The translations under genes and the position numbers were made by a program. Positions 11,716 to 24,896 of a DNA stretch of 64,000 nt are shown here, piece by piece. The stretch is from NCBI GenBank assembly GCA_964016885.1, contig OZ024745.1, positions 131,254,001 to 131,318,000 on the forward strand. The letters are read 5' to 3'. The stretch comes from Eledone cirrhosa. Lineage: Eukaryota. Within the stretch, counting starts at the first letter, position 1. Every line of letters begins with the position of its first letter. Under the pieces are notes generated by a model. The model was given only the letters and a program-made list of their open reading frames with translations. It had not been told where the DNA came from and did not search any database.

Positions 11716-13384
11716 AAACAAAATATAATAGTGGTTTCTGATTTAGGTACAAGGCCAAGAATTGTTTGGGCGAAGGGGAAAGTCAATTAAATTGACCCCA
11801 GTGCATTACTGGTACTTTATCTTATCAGCCCTGTAAGCATGAAAAGCAAACCTAACCGAGGCAGGATTTGAACTCAGAATGTAAAAGGCCATAACTCTAT
11901 GCTGCAAAGCATGTCCAACGCTCTATCGATATTGACAATCTACCCCCAAAATAGAAAATAATTGTTTCTACTTTTGGCACAAGGCCAGCAATTATACCAG
12001 TGTATTACTGGTACTTTATTTTATCGACCCCGTAAGGATGAAAGGCAAAGTTAACCTCGGTGGGATTTGAACTCAGATCATAAAGGGACGTAACTGTGCT
12101 GCAAAGCATGACGTCCGACCCTCTACCGATACTGCCAATCTACCCCCAAAATAAAAAATAATAATGGTTTCTGATTTAGGCACATGGCCTGGGGAAGGGA
12201 AAGTTGATTAAATCGACCCCATAAGAATGAAAGTCAAAGCTAACTTCTGAGGATTTGAACTCAGAGTGCAAAGGGCTGTAACTCTATGCCACAAAGGATG
12301 TTGTCCGACGCTCTACTGATACTTATTTATAATAATAAATAATGGAAATATTAATCTTTTAACGATTTTTGAAAATTTATTTTCCTAATTATTCTCCACC
12401 TTTCTTTATGTCTTTGATTGCCATCAATTAAACACTGCCATCTTGCACCATCAGCATTCCACTGCAATTACTTATATTATCTGTTCTGCTAAACCAACTT
12501 AAAAGAGAGAGCTGCATCTACCAAGACATATAAAGCTGTGCATTGGCACATGTCTAGGTGACTTAGACACCACCTACGTTTGGCTTGCCATCAACATGTT
12601 CTTCTACCTTCCGTAGTAACAGAAGATCATCTACACACACAGATGCACACTTTGTTGATGTAGACTATGTTAGTGAGCAGACTCTCGCTTAAACTTGCAT
12701 CACTATAAAACCAGCCTCTTTTACATTTATAATAACACGACTAAAATTCTGAATATTTCAAAAAATATATATAGATGTTTTGTTGTTATATTTTCATTTT
12801 TTATTTAAATGAGAGAAAAAAAATCTAAAAGTAACTCTTCTAATAACATGATTGAAGAGAAGTGTAGGCAGTTGTTTTTATATGGCAGGTTTTGTTATAT
12901 ATTTCCCCATGTCTGTCTATCCAATCTCATATATTTTATTATGTTTGAAAATGAGTTAAATAAATATGAGTCATGAATGTGTTGTAGTAGCAGGTATTCA
13001 GCTAACTATAGAGGTCATCAGTTGATGAAGTAGGCTGTGTGTGTAGAAGTGTGTGTGTGTATATGTGTGAGTAGAATGTGTGTGTTTGTTGTAAACTGTT
13101 ACCATATGTTTGCTGTTTTGGAAGTGTGTGTGTTTTCCAAATCTTTTGGATGTTTCATCAATTAATTAGTAAGTAGATTTGGTATAGCAACTGACAGGTA
13201 GCTAGCTAGTTTAGTTTTAAAGAAGAATGCAGACTCCATATAAATAATGTTTTGTTTTGGCATTTCTAACAGAAAAACTGGATTAAAAAAATAAAGAAAT
13301 TGTATTTTAAGAATAAAAAAAAACTCAACCGAAACATAACTAAGTGTGAAACAGTAAGTGGATGTAGAAATAATTTATTAAAGG

Positions 13385-14041
13385 TTCTTTAGTTACGAAC
13401 CTGGCAAAAACCACCTCTGGTTCTATGAAATAAAACCACCCATTTTAACTCTTTAGTTAGATTGGAAACCTTAAGAATGGATGGTTTTATTTATTAGAAC
13501 CAGAGCTGGTTTTGGTTAGTATGGTAACTAAAGGGTTAAAATGGGAGGTTTTATTTCATAGAACCAGAGCTGGTTTTGAGCAGGTTGGTAACTAAAGGGT
13601 TAAAATGGGTGGTTTTATTTCATAGAACCAGAACTGGTTTTGGTCAGGTTGGTAACTAAAGGGTTAAAATGGGAGGTTTTATTTCATAGAACCAGAACTG
13701 GTTTTGGTCAGGTTGGTAACTAAAGGGTTAAAATGGGAGGTTTTATTTCATAGAACCAGAGCTGGTTTTGGTCAGGTTGGTAACTAAAGGGTTAAAATGG
13801 GAGGTTTTATTTTATTGAACCAGAGTTGGTTTTGGTCGGGTTGGTAACTAAAGGGTTAAAATGTGTGATTTTATTTCATAGAACCAGAGCTGGTTTCAGT
13901 CAGGTTGGTAACTAAAGGGTTAAAATGGGAGGTTTTATTTCATAGAACCAGAGCTGGTTTCAGTCAGGTTGGTAACTAAAGGGTTAAAATGGGAGGTTTT
14001 ATTTCATAGAACCAGAGCTGGTTTCAGTCAGGTTGGTAACT
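13385..14041. repeat. 64-bp tandem array (about 9 copies) of a MITE terminal arm, with an inverted arm at 13385-13457
   Basis: Unit CTAAAGGGTTAAAATGGGAGGTTTTATTTCATAGAACCAGAGCTGGTTTTGGTCAGGTTGGTAA. It carries the same AAAGGG-TTAA end as the piggyBac-like MITEs. Single arms also occur near 1575-1632, 17040-17088 and 37100-37160. Confidence 0.88.
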
Positions 14042-14762
14042 GGTTAAGTGATATAGAAACAGACAAATTCCAGCTCTGAGAACCAACTGAAGTAGAGAAT
14101 AAGAAAAACAAAGTAATAATAGTCATAAACAAGTTTCTGTACTCTGGGGTATAACTTTATTATTGTTTAGGAAAATTAAGGCAGGAGTTGCAATCGGTAG
14201 ATAGTATCAGCAATGGAAAGACCAATGGAAACATTGTTTCCTCGGTCCAATTTAACAAGTTCAACCCCACTCAGTAAGTGAACAGGGCATGATGAACATT
14301 GTCAATTGAACTCTGTTAGTGTTGAGGAAACAGTATTTTCATTGACATATTGTTTTTGATAAAGTGGATAGCATTGGTGGATAAGGAAGTCAGGACCGCT
14401 ATATAGATAGTATTGCATCCAAATTCAGATAACTCTCTGAGCAAACTCAGTGGAGATTGTTCAGCTCAGTTTCTGCTTCAGCTAAGAAAGAGAAAAAAAC
14501 AATCATATAATGTAAAATTTTAAAGTGTTACTCATTAAAATGTTCAAATTGCTCCTCTCCTTGTGGAGCATGTACCAAACATTCACAATCCCTGCTTTAA
14601 TATTTCTGCCATTCTACATCAGTTCAAGGTGTATAGTTGATTGAATCAAACCAATACCTGACTGGTATTTATTTTTTATTTTTGTGGTAAAGGCTTTACC
14701 TTCCACAATTATCTCATAATAAATAATAATAATATTAACAATAATAATTATTATTATTTTAG

Positions 14763-14973
14763 GTTAGGTGATGCTTTGACAACAAACAACATTGTTCGGG
14801 AACAAGACCCCAAGATATCAAATGATTCTGCGATTCAATGGAACAATAAAATCCACAACTCTTATGATAATCTACCACCAAATCATATTGATCAAAAAGT
14901 TTCTGGAAAATTGACATCAATTCATGAGCAGAACATTGAAGACTTGATAGAAAAGATTCAAACTGGTTTAGAA
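14763..14973 (+). CDS. CIP2A: CIP2A exon: (A)LGDALTTNNIVREQDPKIS...SIHEQNIEDLIEKIQTGLE
   Basis: AG at 14761-62 and GTaagt at 14974. Length 211 nt (1+210), phase 2 to 0. NIEDLIEKIQTG matches CIP2A NIEELIEKLQSG. Confidence 0.92.
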
Positions 14974-15751
14974 GTAAGTATATATTTCTCTGTATTTCTA
15001 GAGATGGTCCTACATAGTGCTGAGTAATACTATTTATTGTAAAGTGAATTAATATGTATGGTGAAGGTGGTGCTTGTGTTCTTGAGTGAGACACTTTATT
15101 TCAGTTTACTCAGCTGTAGAAATGAGTTGCAACATTACTGGTACCAAGCTGTATCAGCCATTGCCTTTCCCTTGGATAACATTGGTGGTATGGAGAGGAG
15201 AGACTGGTATACATGGGCGACTGCTGGTCTTCCACAAACACACCTTGTCTAGGCTTGTGCATCAAAGAGGAACTTTCTAGGTGCAAAACCTTGGTCATTC
15301 ATGGCAGAAGGGGGCCTATGATGAATATGTATGATATGTAGGATTGTATTTGTGTTTTGTGATATTCTTCTGGTTTTTTTCCTACTACCAGTACTTTGAT
15401 TATTCTTGGAATAAACTATCCTTAGAAATTGCCAGGGGTCAATAAAATAAAGTACCAGTAATACACTGAGGTAATTGCTGGCCTTGTACCAAAGGTAGAA
15501 ACAATTATTTGTATACAAATATAAATAGTAATAAAATACTGTCAAATATAAAATGGTACAATGATGCTAAAAAAAACTTAAGAAATGTTTTGCCTTTAAT
15601 TTCTGTATAAGTTCCTTTTCTCCTCCTCACTCCTGAATAATTGTTTCAGAAAGACATTTTAAAAAAATGGGAAATAGAAATTTGAAAAACAAAAGGATTA
15701 TTTTACAGATCCTTTTGTAACTAAAATTTCAACACGCTTTCTTTTTTCCAG

Positions 15752-15814
15752 GTAAAAGATGTAAAAGTTTCCGAAATGATTGATGTTTATGAGCACAAGT
15801 TACAATCAATGCAG
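15752..15814 (+). CDS. CIP2A: CIP2A exon: VKDVKVSEMIDVYEHKLQSMQ
   Basis: Polypyrimidine tract plus cAG at 15750-51, GT at 15815, 63 nt. Matches CIP2A DVRISDIMDVYEMKL. Confidence 0.93.
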
Positions 15815-17208
15815 GTAAAATTGGTTATATTGAATATGTATTGTGAAAATATCTCCTTAATTGTCTGTATACAATGTATCAGTTTATTTGTTATTTGTAT
15901 ACTAAAAGCATGATCTGAGGCCTGGTTGTGTGGTTAAAAGGTTTGCCTCACAACTGCAGAACTTTTAGTATGTCTTGAAACATTAAAAAACATTATACAT
16001 GGCGAAAAAGATCATTACTAGAAATCTCATATGTTATAAAATAAATAGGATGGGTTAGGGTCTCAATATGTAAACTAATAGACTAATTCTGGTTTAAAAA
16101 AACAAATCAATGGAGACAACCCAGAAAAATAACTGTTTCTTTCCCCACCACTTATTCCAAACCCTCCTCTATTATTTGGGTCCCATGAGTGTCAATAAAA
16201 CAGTGATATCTGATGAGCCAAAATTTGGCAGCCTTTTCCTTCAGTTTCCAAATCTTCCAATTTCCCTTAAAAAATTTTTTTTCTTTCATTTTGTTAATTA
16301 CTACTTAATTAGATGAGCTCATTTGGCAGTACATCCAAGTGAATTTACCTGTATTTATTTTGGGTTAATCCCTTCAATGTAGACAAGAATGGATTTCTAG
16401 GTGGGATATGTAGTTTTGGGGAGAAAAGGACAGAATGAAATATAGTTTGTAAAAAGGTGAAGCAAGTACATTTAGTTTCAGGTCAGCAAGTACACTGGAG
16501 TAAAGACCAGTATTGTAGCTTAATGACTATAAATGATTCAAATGTGTTTTGGTGAGTGAAGGTATTTCTAAATATGGAGAAGGACACATGGCTTAATGGT
16601 TAAGATATTTACTTCATAATCACAAGGTTCTCAGTTCAATTGATCAAAGCCTTGCTAATTAAATTGGGTAATCTAAAACTGTGGTAGACTCTTTGATGGA
16701 CTATTCCTGTAACTGAAAGGGTCAGCTATGTTGCTATGTGACACCTGATCTGGATAGGGGTTAAGTTTAGAGTACAAGTATCTGTAGAATACACTATAGT
16801 TCAGTGAGTATATAGTTTTGTTGGTTGAACTGGAGTACTCATTGTTGAAACGAACAAAAGATTCATTTAACCTTTTCATAACTGCATTTCTAATTTTAAT
16901 TAATTAACAAAGAATGTCAAGGGATTTACTAAAATGATTAGTTATATGATTACTAAGACAGTAACTTAATGTAAGGTTTCTTTGTAAAATTATGTGGGAG
17001 GATTTTAATTTAAATTGAAAATCTTTAAAATCTATATTTCATTGAGCCAGAGCTGGTTTTGGCTGGGTTGATAACAGAAGGGTCAACCATGAAGTGTGAA
17101 TAGCTCTTCCCCTCCTTTTGTATTCTTATTGATTGGATTACAAATAAATAAAGACCACATGGAACGTATCCTTAATCTGTGTAAAGAAAATATCATATAC
17201 TTCCTTAG

Positions 17209-17319
17209 ATGCGAGAACAGCAGTTGCAGGACTTATTGGAAGCTAAGACATTAGCAGTGATTCGAGCAGATCGTGTCATTAGTCAGTACCGATCCCGTCG
17301 TGCAGAAGCTGAGGCAGAG
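17209..17319 (+). CDS. CIP2A: CIP2A exon: MREQQLQDLLEAKTLAVIRADRVISQYRSRRAEAEAE
   Basis: ttccttAG at 17207-08, GTaagt at 17320, 111 nt. Strong match to CIP2A [36 protein letters not shown]. Confidence 0.95.
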
Positions 17320-17564
17320 GTAAGTTTTTATTTGCATGGTCTTCATATACATCATCATCATCGTTTAACATCCATCTTCCATGCTAACATGAGCACTTTA
17401 CTGTGCGTACTGGGTGCTTTTTGTCATGACTCCTACATGATCACTTTACTTTGTGGGCTGGACGCATTTTGTTTACAGTGTAAGGGTGGTGTGGACAGAA
17501 CTTTATATTAATGTTATAATGTAAGTATGAAGTGTCAGCTGTCTCAACCAACCACAGACACTTT

Positions 17565-17900
17565 GCATGTATGGTCCCGTATCTCCTGAAGGAGTCGTAG
17601 GTATGCGGTATTGACATGTGGCGTTTCTAGGACATTTTTAAACCTGGCAGAGCGCATCTCCTTTCCAGGTCTGAATACAGCAGATTTTATTCCAGTAAAT
17701 GATAGAGGGTGAGAGGAAGGAAGCGAGAAAGAGATATAGAGAACGAATCGACCCCAGTACTTGACTGGTACTTTTTTATCGACATCGAATGGATGAAAGG
17801 CAAAGTTGACCTTGGTGTGACTTAAACTCAGAGAACAGAACCGAAACAAATGCCACAAAGTATTCCATCTGATGTTCTAATGACTCTGCCAATTTGTTAC
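17565..17900 (-). mobile_element. tRNA-derived SINE family 2 (long tail ending ...GGAGTTACGGGACCATAC)
   Basis: Same head and body as family 1 but a different 3' part (AAATCTGCTGTATTCAGACCTGG...). Other copies at 24110-24430 (+), 37195-37480 (-), 46608-46925 (+), 48255-48545 (-), 57101-57396 (+, TSD ATATATAATCTCCAG) and 61175-61502 (-). Confidence 0.8.
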
Positions 17901-19404
17901 CAGACACATTACTAGTGATTTAATTTCTGAGGAAAAATGTTTATGATTTGGAATGAGACATATACATCTAGGGTGGGTTAGGGGCATGAACAAATTGGAT
18001 TCCAACAAGTCAATCTCTGGCTCACTGTAATTTCAGATTTTAACTCAACATTCACATGAGCTCTATCTTTACATACACATAATAAATTATCTTATATATA
18101 CTATGGGGGTGTAATATACAAGTTAGATGATTTTTATTCTTCTTACACATCATCATCATTGTTTTTTTACGTATGTTTTTCCATGCTTGCATGGGTTGCT
18201 ATTTTTATAGTCAGCTGTAGAAACCAAGCTAGAAATGGTTCTGTATGAGCAAGACACGGTCATCTCTGATCTTTCAACGGGACAACTCGTCTTACCCATG
18301 CTAGCATGGAAAATGGACGTTAAACAGTGATAATGAAGATATATAATTATCGTTGTTAGACGTGATTTATATTTAATTAAACTGTTTAAGTTTACTTTGT
18401 TATAATTTTCAACACATTGTCATTCCCTACTTTTACTTCCTACTTATGATGTACCATTTCTTGAAATTTATTTGAAATATTGCCAAACAAGTAATCAACA
18501 CCGAAGGTAAACTACTGCCAGCTTGAATCAGTTAACCAATTTTTATTCCAAATGGAAGCTATGAATTCTTACTTACATCGTTCATATGAATTAATAAATG
18601 TTACAACTCCCAATCTAATTGATCTAATGATGTTAGAATCAAAGTCAACCAGGACACGACAATGGAGAAATCAGTCAAGTGTATTCTCCTTGAGTTACTG
18701 TGACAGTCATGTTAAGTTCTGCTGATATATCATCATTGTTTAATGGTAGCATGGGTTAGACAAGTTGTCCTGATATAAGATATGCCAGATCAGTTGACCG
18801 TGTTTTGCTCATACAGAACCGATTTTGGCTTGGTTTCTACAGCTGGATGCCCTTGAAAGTAGAAATAGCTTTGAAATTGTTTGGGGTCAGTTCTTCTTGA
18901 ACCAACATTATATCTTTATTTAAACTCTTAATGCCCTTTGAAATCTCATATGACTCCCTCTTTTTCCCTGAAATACACAGTTTTTGTATTTCATGAAGAA
19001 GAAACCTACCTTATATTGTCACCATAAGTTTTGTAGTAGTTTATTTGTTTTTAAATGTGATTGCCAAAGACTTGTTCACCAAACCCTACAACCTCTAGTC
19101 CACAGTTATGTTGGCTCCTCACTGATTTTACTCATGAGAACTTACTAGTTACATACCACCTCCACCCACATGGCACACTTGTCTCTCTCTACTCTTGATC
19201 CTTGCACTAACCAATCCTTCCACCCCATAACAAACTTCAGCTCTTTGGAATTTCCTTCCCACCCACTCATTCTGCCTTAAAGAGATGTTGGAATTGAACA
19301 CCAACCATATTAAATCCCACGAGTCTCAGTGGCTGTTTAAAGGTCCTAGGTACTGCTCCTTGCTCCTGACCAACATCACCAGTTTCTAAGTATTGGTGAA
19401 ATAC

Positions 19405-22400
19405 ATGGTCACTGCTCCGTCCCTCCTGACCAATGTTATTGTCTTTGAGGTCCTGTGAAGGTCATGGTCACTGCTCCGTCCCTCCTGACCAATGTTATTG
19501 TCTTTGAGGTACTGTGAAGGTCATGGACACTGCTCCATCCTTCTTGACCAATGCTATTGTCTTTGAGGTACTGTGAAGGTCATGGTCACTGCTCCGTCCC
19601 TCCTGACCAATGTTATTGTCTTTGAGGTACTGTGAAGGTCATGGACACTGCTCCATCCTTCTTGACCAATGTTTTTGTCTTTGAGGTACTGTGAAGGTCA
19701 TGGACACTGCTCCTTCTCTCCTGACCAATGTTATTGTCTTTGAGGTCCTGTGAAGGTCATGGACACTGCTCCATCCCTCCTGACCAATGTTATTGTCTTT
19801 GAGGTACTGTGAAGGTCATGGACACTGCTCCATCCTTCTTGACCAATGTTTTTGTCTTTGAGGTCCTGTGAAGGTCATGGACACTGCTCCTTCTCTCCTG
19901 ACCAATGTTATTGTCTTTGAGGTCCTGTGAAGGTCATGGACACTGCTCCATCCCTCCTGACCAATGTTATTGTCTTTGAGGTACTGTGAAGGTCATGGAC
20001 ACTGCTCCATCCTTCTTGACCAATGTTTTTGTCTTTGAGGTCCTGTGAAGGTCATGGCCACTGCTCCATCCCTCCTGACCAATGTTATTGTCTTTGAGGT
20101 ACTGTGAAGGTCATGGACACTGCTCCATCCTTCTTGACCAATGTTTTTGTCTTTGAGGTCCTGTGAAGGTCATGGACACTGCTCCTTCTCTCCTGACCAA
20201 TGTTATTGTCTTTGAGGTCCTGTGAAGGTCATGGACACTGCTCCATCCCTCCTGACCAATGTTATTGTCTTTGAGGTACTGTGAAGGTCATGGACACTGC
20301 TCCATCCTTCTTGACCAATGTTTTTGTCTTTGAGGTCCTGTGAAGGTCATGGACACTGCTCCTTCTCTCCTGACCAATGTTATTGTCTTTGAGGTCCTGT
20401 GAAGGTCATGGACACTGCTCCATCCCTCCTGACCAATGTTATTGTCTTTGAGGTACTGTGAAGGTCATGGACACTGCTCCATCCTTCTTGACCAATGTTT
20501 TTGTCTTTGAGGTCCTGTGAAGGTCATGGACACTGCTCCTTCTCTCCTGACCAATGTTATTGTCTTTGAGGTCCTGTGAAGGTCATGGACACTGCTCCAT
20601 CCCTCCTGACCAATGTTATTGTCTTTGAGGTCCTGTGAAGGTCATGGACACTGCTCCTTCTCTCCTGACCAATGTTATTGTCTTTGAGGTCCTGTGAAGG
20701 TCATGGACACTGCTCCATCCCTCCTGACCAATGTTATTGTCTTTGAGGTACTGTGAAGGTCATGGACACTGCTCCATCCTTCTTGACCAATGTTTTTGTC
20801 TTTGAGGTCCTGTGAAGGTCATGGTCACTGCTCCATCCCTCCTGACCAATGTTATTGTCTTTGAGGTCCTGTGAAGGTCATGGCCACTGCTCCTTCTCTC
20901 CTGACCAATGTTATTGTCTTTGAGGTCCTGTGAAGGTCATGGCCACTGCTCCTTCCCTCTTGACCAATGTTATTGTCTTTGAGGTCCTGTGAAGGTCATG
21001 GCCACTGCTCCTTCTCTCCTGACCAATGTTATTGTCTTTGAGGTCCTGTGAAGGTCATGGCCACTGCTCCTTCCCTCTTGACCAATGTTATTGTCTTTGA
21101 GGTCCTGTGAAGGTCATGGCCACTGCTCCTTCTCTCCTGACCAATGTTATTGTCTTTGAGGTCCTGTGAAGGTCATGGCCACTGCTCCTTCCCTCTTGAC
21201 CAATGTTATTGTCTTTGAGGTCCTGTGAAGGTCATGGCCACTGCTCCTTCTCTCCTTACCAATGTTATTGTCTTTGAGGTCCTGTGAAGGTTATGGCCAC
21301 TGCTCCTTCCCTCTTGACCAATGTTATTGTCTTTGAGGTCCTGTGAAGGTCATGGCCACTGCTCCTTCTCTCCTGACCAATGTTATTGTCTTTGAGGTCC
21401 TGTGAAGGTCATGGCCACTGCTCCTTCCCTCTTGACCAATGTTATTGTCTTTGAGGTCCTGTGAAGGTCATGGCCACTGCTCCTTCCCTCTTGACCAATG
21501 TTATTGTCTTTGAGGTCCTGTGAAGGTCATGGCCACTGCTCCATCCCTCTTGACCAATGCTATTGTCTTTGAGGTACTGTGAAGGTCATGGCCACTGCTC
21601 CGTCCCTCCTGACCAATGTTATTGTCTTTGAGGTCCTGTGAAGGTCATGGACACTGCTCCTTCCCTCTTGACCAATGTTATTGTCTTTGAGGTCCTGTGA
21701 AGGTCATGGCCACTGCTCCTTCTCTCCTGACCAATGTTATTGTCTTTGAGGTCCTGTGAAGGTCATGGCCACTGCTCCTTCCCTCTTGACCAATGTTATT
21801 GTCTTTGAGGTCCTGTGAAGGTCATGGCCACTGCTCCTTCCCTCTTGACCAATGTTATTGTCTTTGAGGTCCTGTGAAGGTCATGGCCACTGCTCCATCC
21901 CTCTTGACCAATGCTATTGTCTTTGAGGTACTGTGAAGGTCATGGCCACTGCTCCGTCCCTCCTGACCAATGTTATTGTCTTTGAGGTCCTGTGAAGGTC
22001 ATGGACACTGCTCCTTCCCTCTTGACCAATGTTATTGTCTTTGAGGTCCTGTGAAGGTCATGGCCACTGCTCCTTCTCTCCTGACCAATGTTATTGTCTT
22101 TGAGGTCCTGTGAAGGTCATGGCCACTGCTCCTTCCCTCTTGACCAATGTTATTGTCTTTGAGGTCCTGTGAAGGTCATGGCCACTGCTCCTTCCCTCTT
22201 GACCAATGTTATTGTCTTTGAGGTCCTGTGAAGGTCATGGCCACTGCTCCATCCCTCTTGACCAATGCTATTGTCTTTGAGGTACTGTGAAGGTCATGGC
22301 CACTGCTCCGTCCCTCCTGACCAATGTTATTGTCTTTGAGGTCCTGTGAAGGTCATGGCCACTGCTCCTTCTCTCCTGACCAATGTTATTGTCTTTGAGG

Positions 22401-24033
22401 TACTGTGAAGGTCATGGACACTGCTCCTTCCCTCTTGACCAATGTTATTGTCTTTGAGGTCCTGTGAAGGTCATGGCCACTGCTCCTTCCCTCTTGACCA
22501 ATGTTATTGTCTTTGAGGTCCTGTGAAGGTTATGGCCACTGCTCCGTCCCTCCTGACCAATGTTATTGTCTTTGAGGTCCTGTGAAGGTCATGGCCACTG
22601 CTCCGTCCCTCCTGACCAATGTTATTGTCTTTGAGGTCCTGTGAAGGTCATGGCCACTGCTCCGTCCCTCCTGACCAATGTTATTGTCTTTGAGGTACTG
22701 TGAAGGTTATGGACACTGCTCCTTCCCTCTTGACCAATGTTATTGTCTTTGAGGTCCTGTGAAGGTCATGGCCACTGCTCCTTCCCTCTTGACCAATGTT
22801 ATTGTCTTTGAGGTCCTGTGAAGGTTATGGCCACTGCTCCGTCCCTCCTGACCAATGTTATTGTCTTTGAGGTCCTGTGAAGGTCATGGCCACTGCTCCG
22901 TCCCTCCTGACCAATGTTATTGTCTTTGAGGTCCTGTGAAGGTCATGGCCACTGCTCCGTCCCTCCTGACCAATGTTATTGTCTTTGAGGTACTGTGAAG
23001 GTTATGGACACTGCTCCTTCCCTCTTGACCAATGTTATTGTCTTTGAGGTCCTGTGAAGGTCATGGCCACTGCTCCTTCCCTCTTGACCAATGTTATTGT
23101 CTTTGAGGTCCTGTGAAGGTTATGGCCACTGCTCCGTCCCTCCTGACCAATGTTATTGTCTTTGAGGTCCTGTGAAGGTCATGGCCACTGCTCCGTCCCT
23201 CCTGACCAATGTTATTGTCTTTGAGGTCCTGTGAAGGTCATGGCCACTGCTCCTTCCCTCTTGACCAATGTTATTGTCTTTGAGGTCCTGTGAAGGTTAT
23301 GGCCACTGCTCCGTCCCTCCTGACCAATGTTATTGTCTCTGAGGTCCTGTGAAGGTCATGGCCACTGCTCCGTCCCTCCTGACCAATGTTATTGTCTTTG
23401 AGGTCCTGTGAAGGTCATGGCCACTGCTCCGTCCCTCCTGACCAATGTTATTGTCTTTGAGGTACTGTGAAGGTCATGGACACTGCTCCTTCCCTCTTGA
23501 CCAATGTTATTGTCTTTGAGGTCCTGTGAAGGTCATGGCCACTGCTCCTTCCCTCTTGACCAATGTTATTGTCTTTGAGGTCCTGTGAAGGTTATGGCCA
23601 CTGCTCCTTCCCTCCTGACCAATGTTATTGTCTTTGACGTCCTGTGAAGGTCATGGCCACTGCTCCTTCTCTCCTGACCAATGTTATTGTCTTTGAGGTC
23701 CTGTGAAGGTCATGGTCACTGCTCCGTCCCTCCTGACCAATGCTATTGTCTTTGAGGTCCTGTGAAGGTCATGGCCACTGCTCCTTCTCTCTTGACCAAT
23801 GTTATTGTCTTTGACGTCCTGTGAAGGTCATGGACACTGCTCCTTCCCTCTTGACCAATGTTATTGTCTTTGAGGTCCTGTGAAGGTCATGGCCACTGCT
23901 CCTTCCCTCTTGACCAATGTTATTGTCTTTGAGGTCCTGTGAAGGTCATGGTCACTGCTCCGTCCCTCCTGACCAATGTTATTGTCTTTGAGGTCCTGTG
24001 AAGGTCATGGCCACTGCTCCTTCTCTCCTGACC
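19405..24033. repeat. 59-bp satellite, about 78 copies (GGTCATGGCCACTGCTCCTTCCCTCTTGACCAATGTTATTGTCTTTGAGGTCCTGTGAA), with higher-order structure
   Basis: Indel-free 59-bp period across about 4.6 kb inside a CIP2A intron. A diverged precursor-like unit lies at about 19340-19400. Confidence 0.98.
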
Positions 24034-24774
24034 TGACCAAACCAGTAAAAATAAACATTGAACAATTCAGAAAAAGATAAATTTAACTGAAACTATTTTG
24101 ATATTTAAAAGGTGGTGAATTGGCAGTCATTAAAACGTTGGATAGAATGCTTTGTGGTATTCATTTCCGCTCCCTCAGTTCAAATCTTGCTGAGGTCAAT
24201 TTTGTCTTTCATCCTTTTAATGTTGATAAAAAAAAGCACCAATCTATTACTGGGGTCAATTATTCCTCTATCTCTTTCTCACTTCCTTCCTCTCACTCCC
24301 TAGCCTTCTCTGGAAGAAATCTGCTGTATTCAGACCTGGAGAGGAGATGGGCTCCACCAGCTTTAAAAAATCCCCTAGAAACACTATCAATACGACGCCC
24401 CTACAACTCCCTTTGGAGTTATGGGACCATGTTTGCAGGGCTTGATTTACCATTGTGCTTAGGTGTGTTTATGCACAGGGCCCCGTTGGCCAGGGAGGCC
24501 AATACCCCCACCCCCACCCACCCCCCAAAAAAATGTTTTACCACCTTCAGAGCCCAAGTAAGGGGCCTCATAGCTTAAGTAGCACAAGGCCTCATCTGTC
24601 CTAAATCTGGCACTGCATGCATTTAGATTTTTACAGCTGATTAATGTAGAAGAGGTCAGATATTTTGTACACAAAAATTTGATGAAAATAGACCAAGCCA
24701 CTTTAAAAAATGTTATTTAACATTTACAGTTGAAGTTTTATTGATTTTCTCTGTCTTTGGAACTTTATCTTCAG

Positions 24775-24896
24775 AACTGTAGCATACGTATTATGGTTCG
24801 GAACTTTGAAAAAAGAACAGAGGAATATCAAGAGAAGTTAAAAAATATGACTGTCCTTGAGACAAACTATAATAATTTGTTGGCGGAAAAACAAAA
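24775..24896 (+). CDS. CIP2A: CIP2A coiled-coil exon: NCSIRIMVRNFEKRTEEYQEKLKNMTVLETNYNNLLAEKQ(K)
   Basis: ttcAG at 24773-74, GTgagt at 24897, 122 nt, phase 0 to 2. Open frame with coiled-coil composition. Confidence 0.88.

Larger units (their letters stand above)
9973..12322. mobile_element. Cluster of six tRNA-derived SINEs of one family: two on + (9973-10195, 10202-10750), four on - (10758-11715, 11732-11950, 11957-12150, 12163-12322)
   Basis: Each has an A-box head GGTGGATTGGCAGTATCGGTAG, a B-box GAGTTCAAATCC, a body CTTTGCCTTTCATCCTTACGGGGTCGATAAAATAAAGTACCAG and a tail GCCTTGTGCC...GAAAC(ATT)n. Confidence 0.9.

Noticed and set aside
10895-11721. Pro/His-rich and Trp/Gly-rich ORFs (273 and 260 aa)
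   Set aside because: These are translations of the 45-bp SINE-head array.
14170-14460. Possible decayed coding or TE fragment, partly repeated at about 34470-34540 on the opposite strand
   Set aside because: The shared AAACAATGTTTCCATTGGTCTTT shows it is a repeat, but no family or frame could be supported.
19405-24033. CRISPR-like array (also considered for the 45, 48, 58 and 64-bp arrays)
   Set aside because: Units are contiguous with no unique spacers, there are no cas genes, and the context is a eukaryotic intron.
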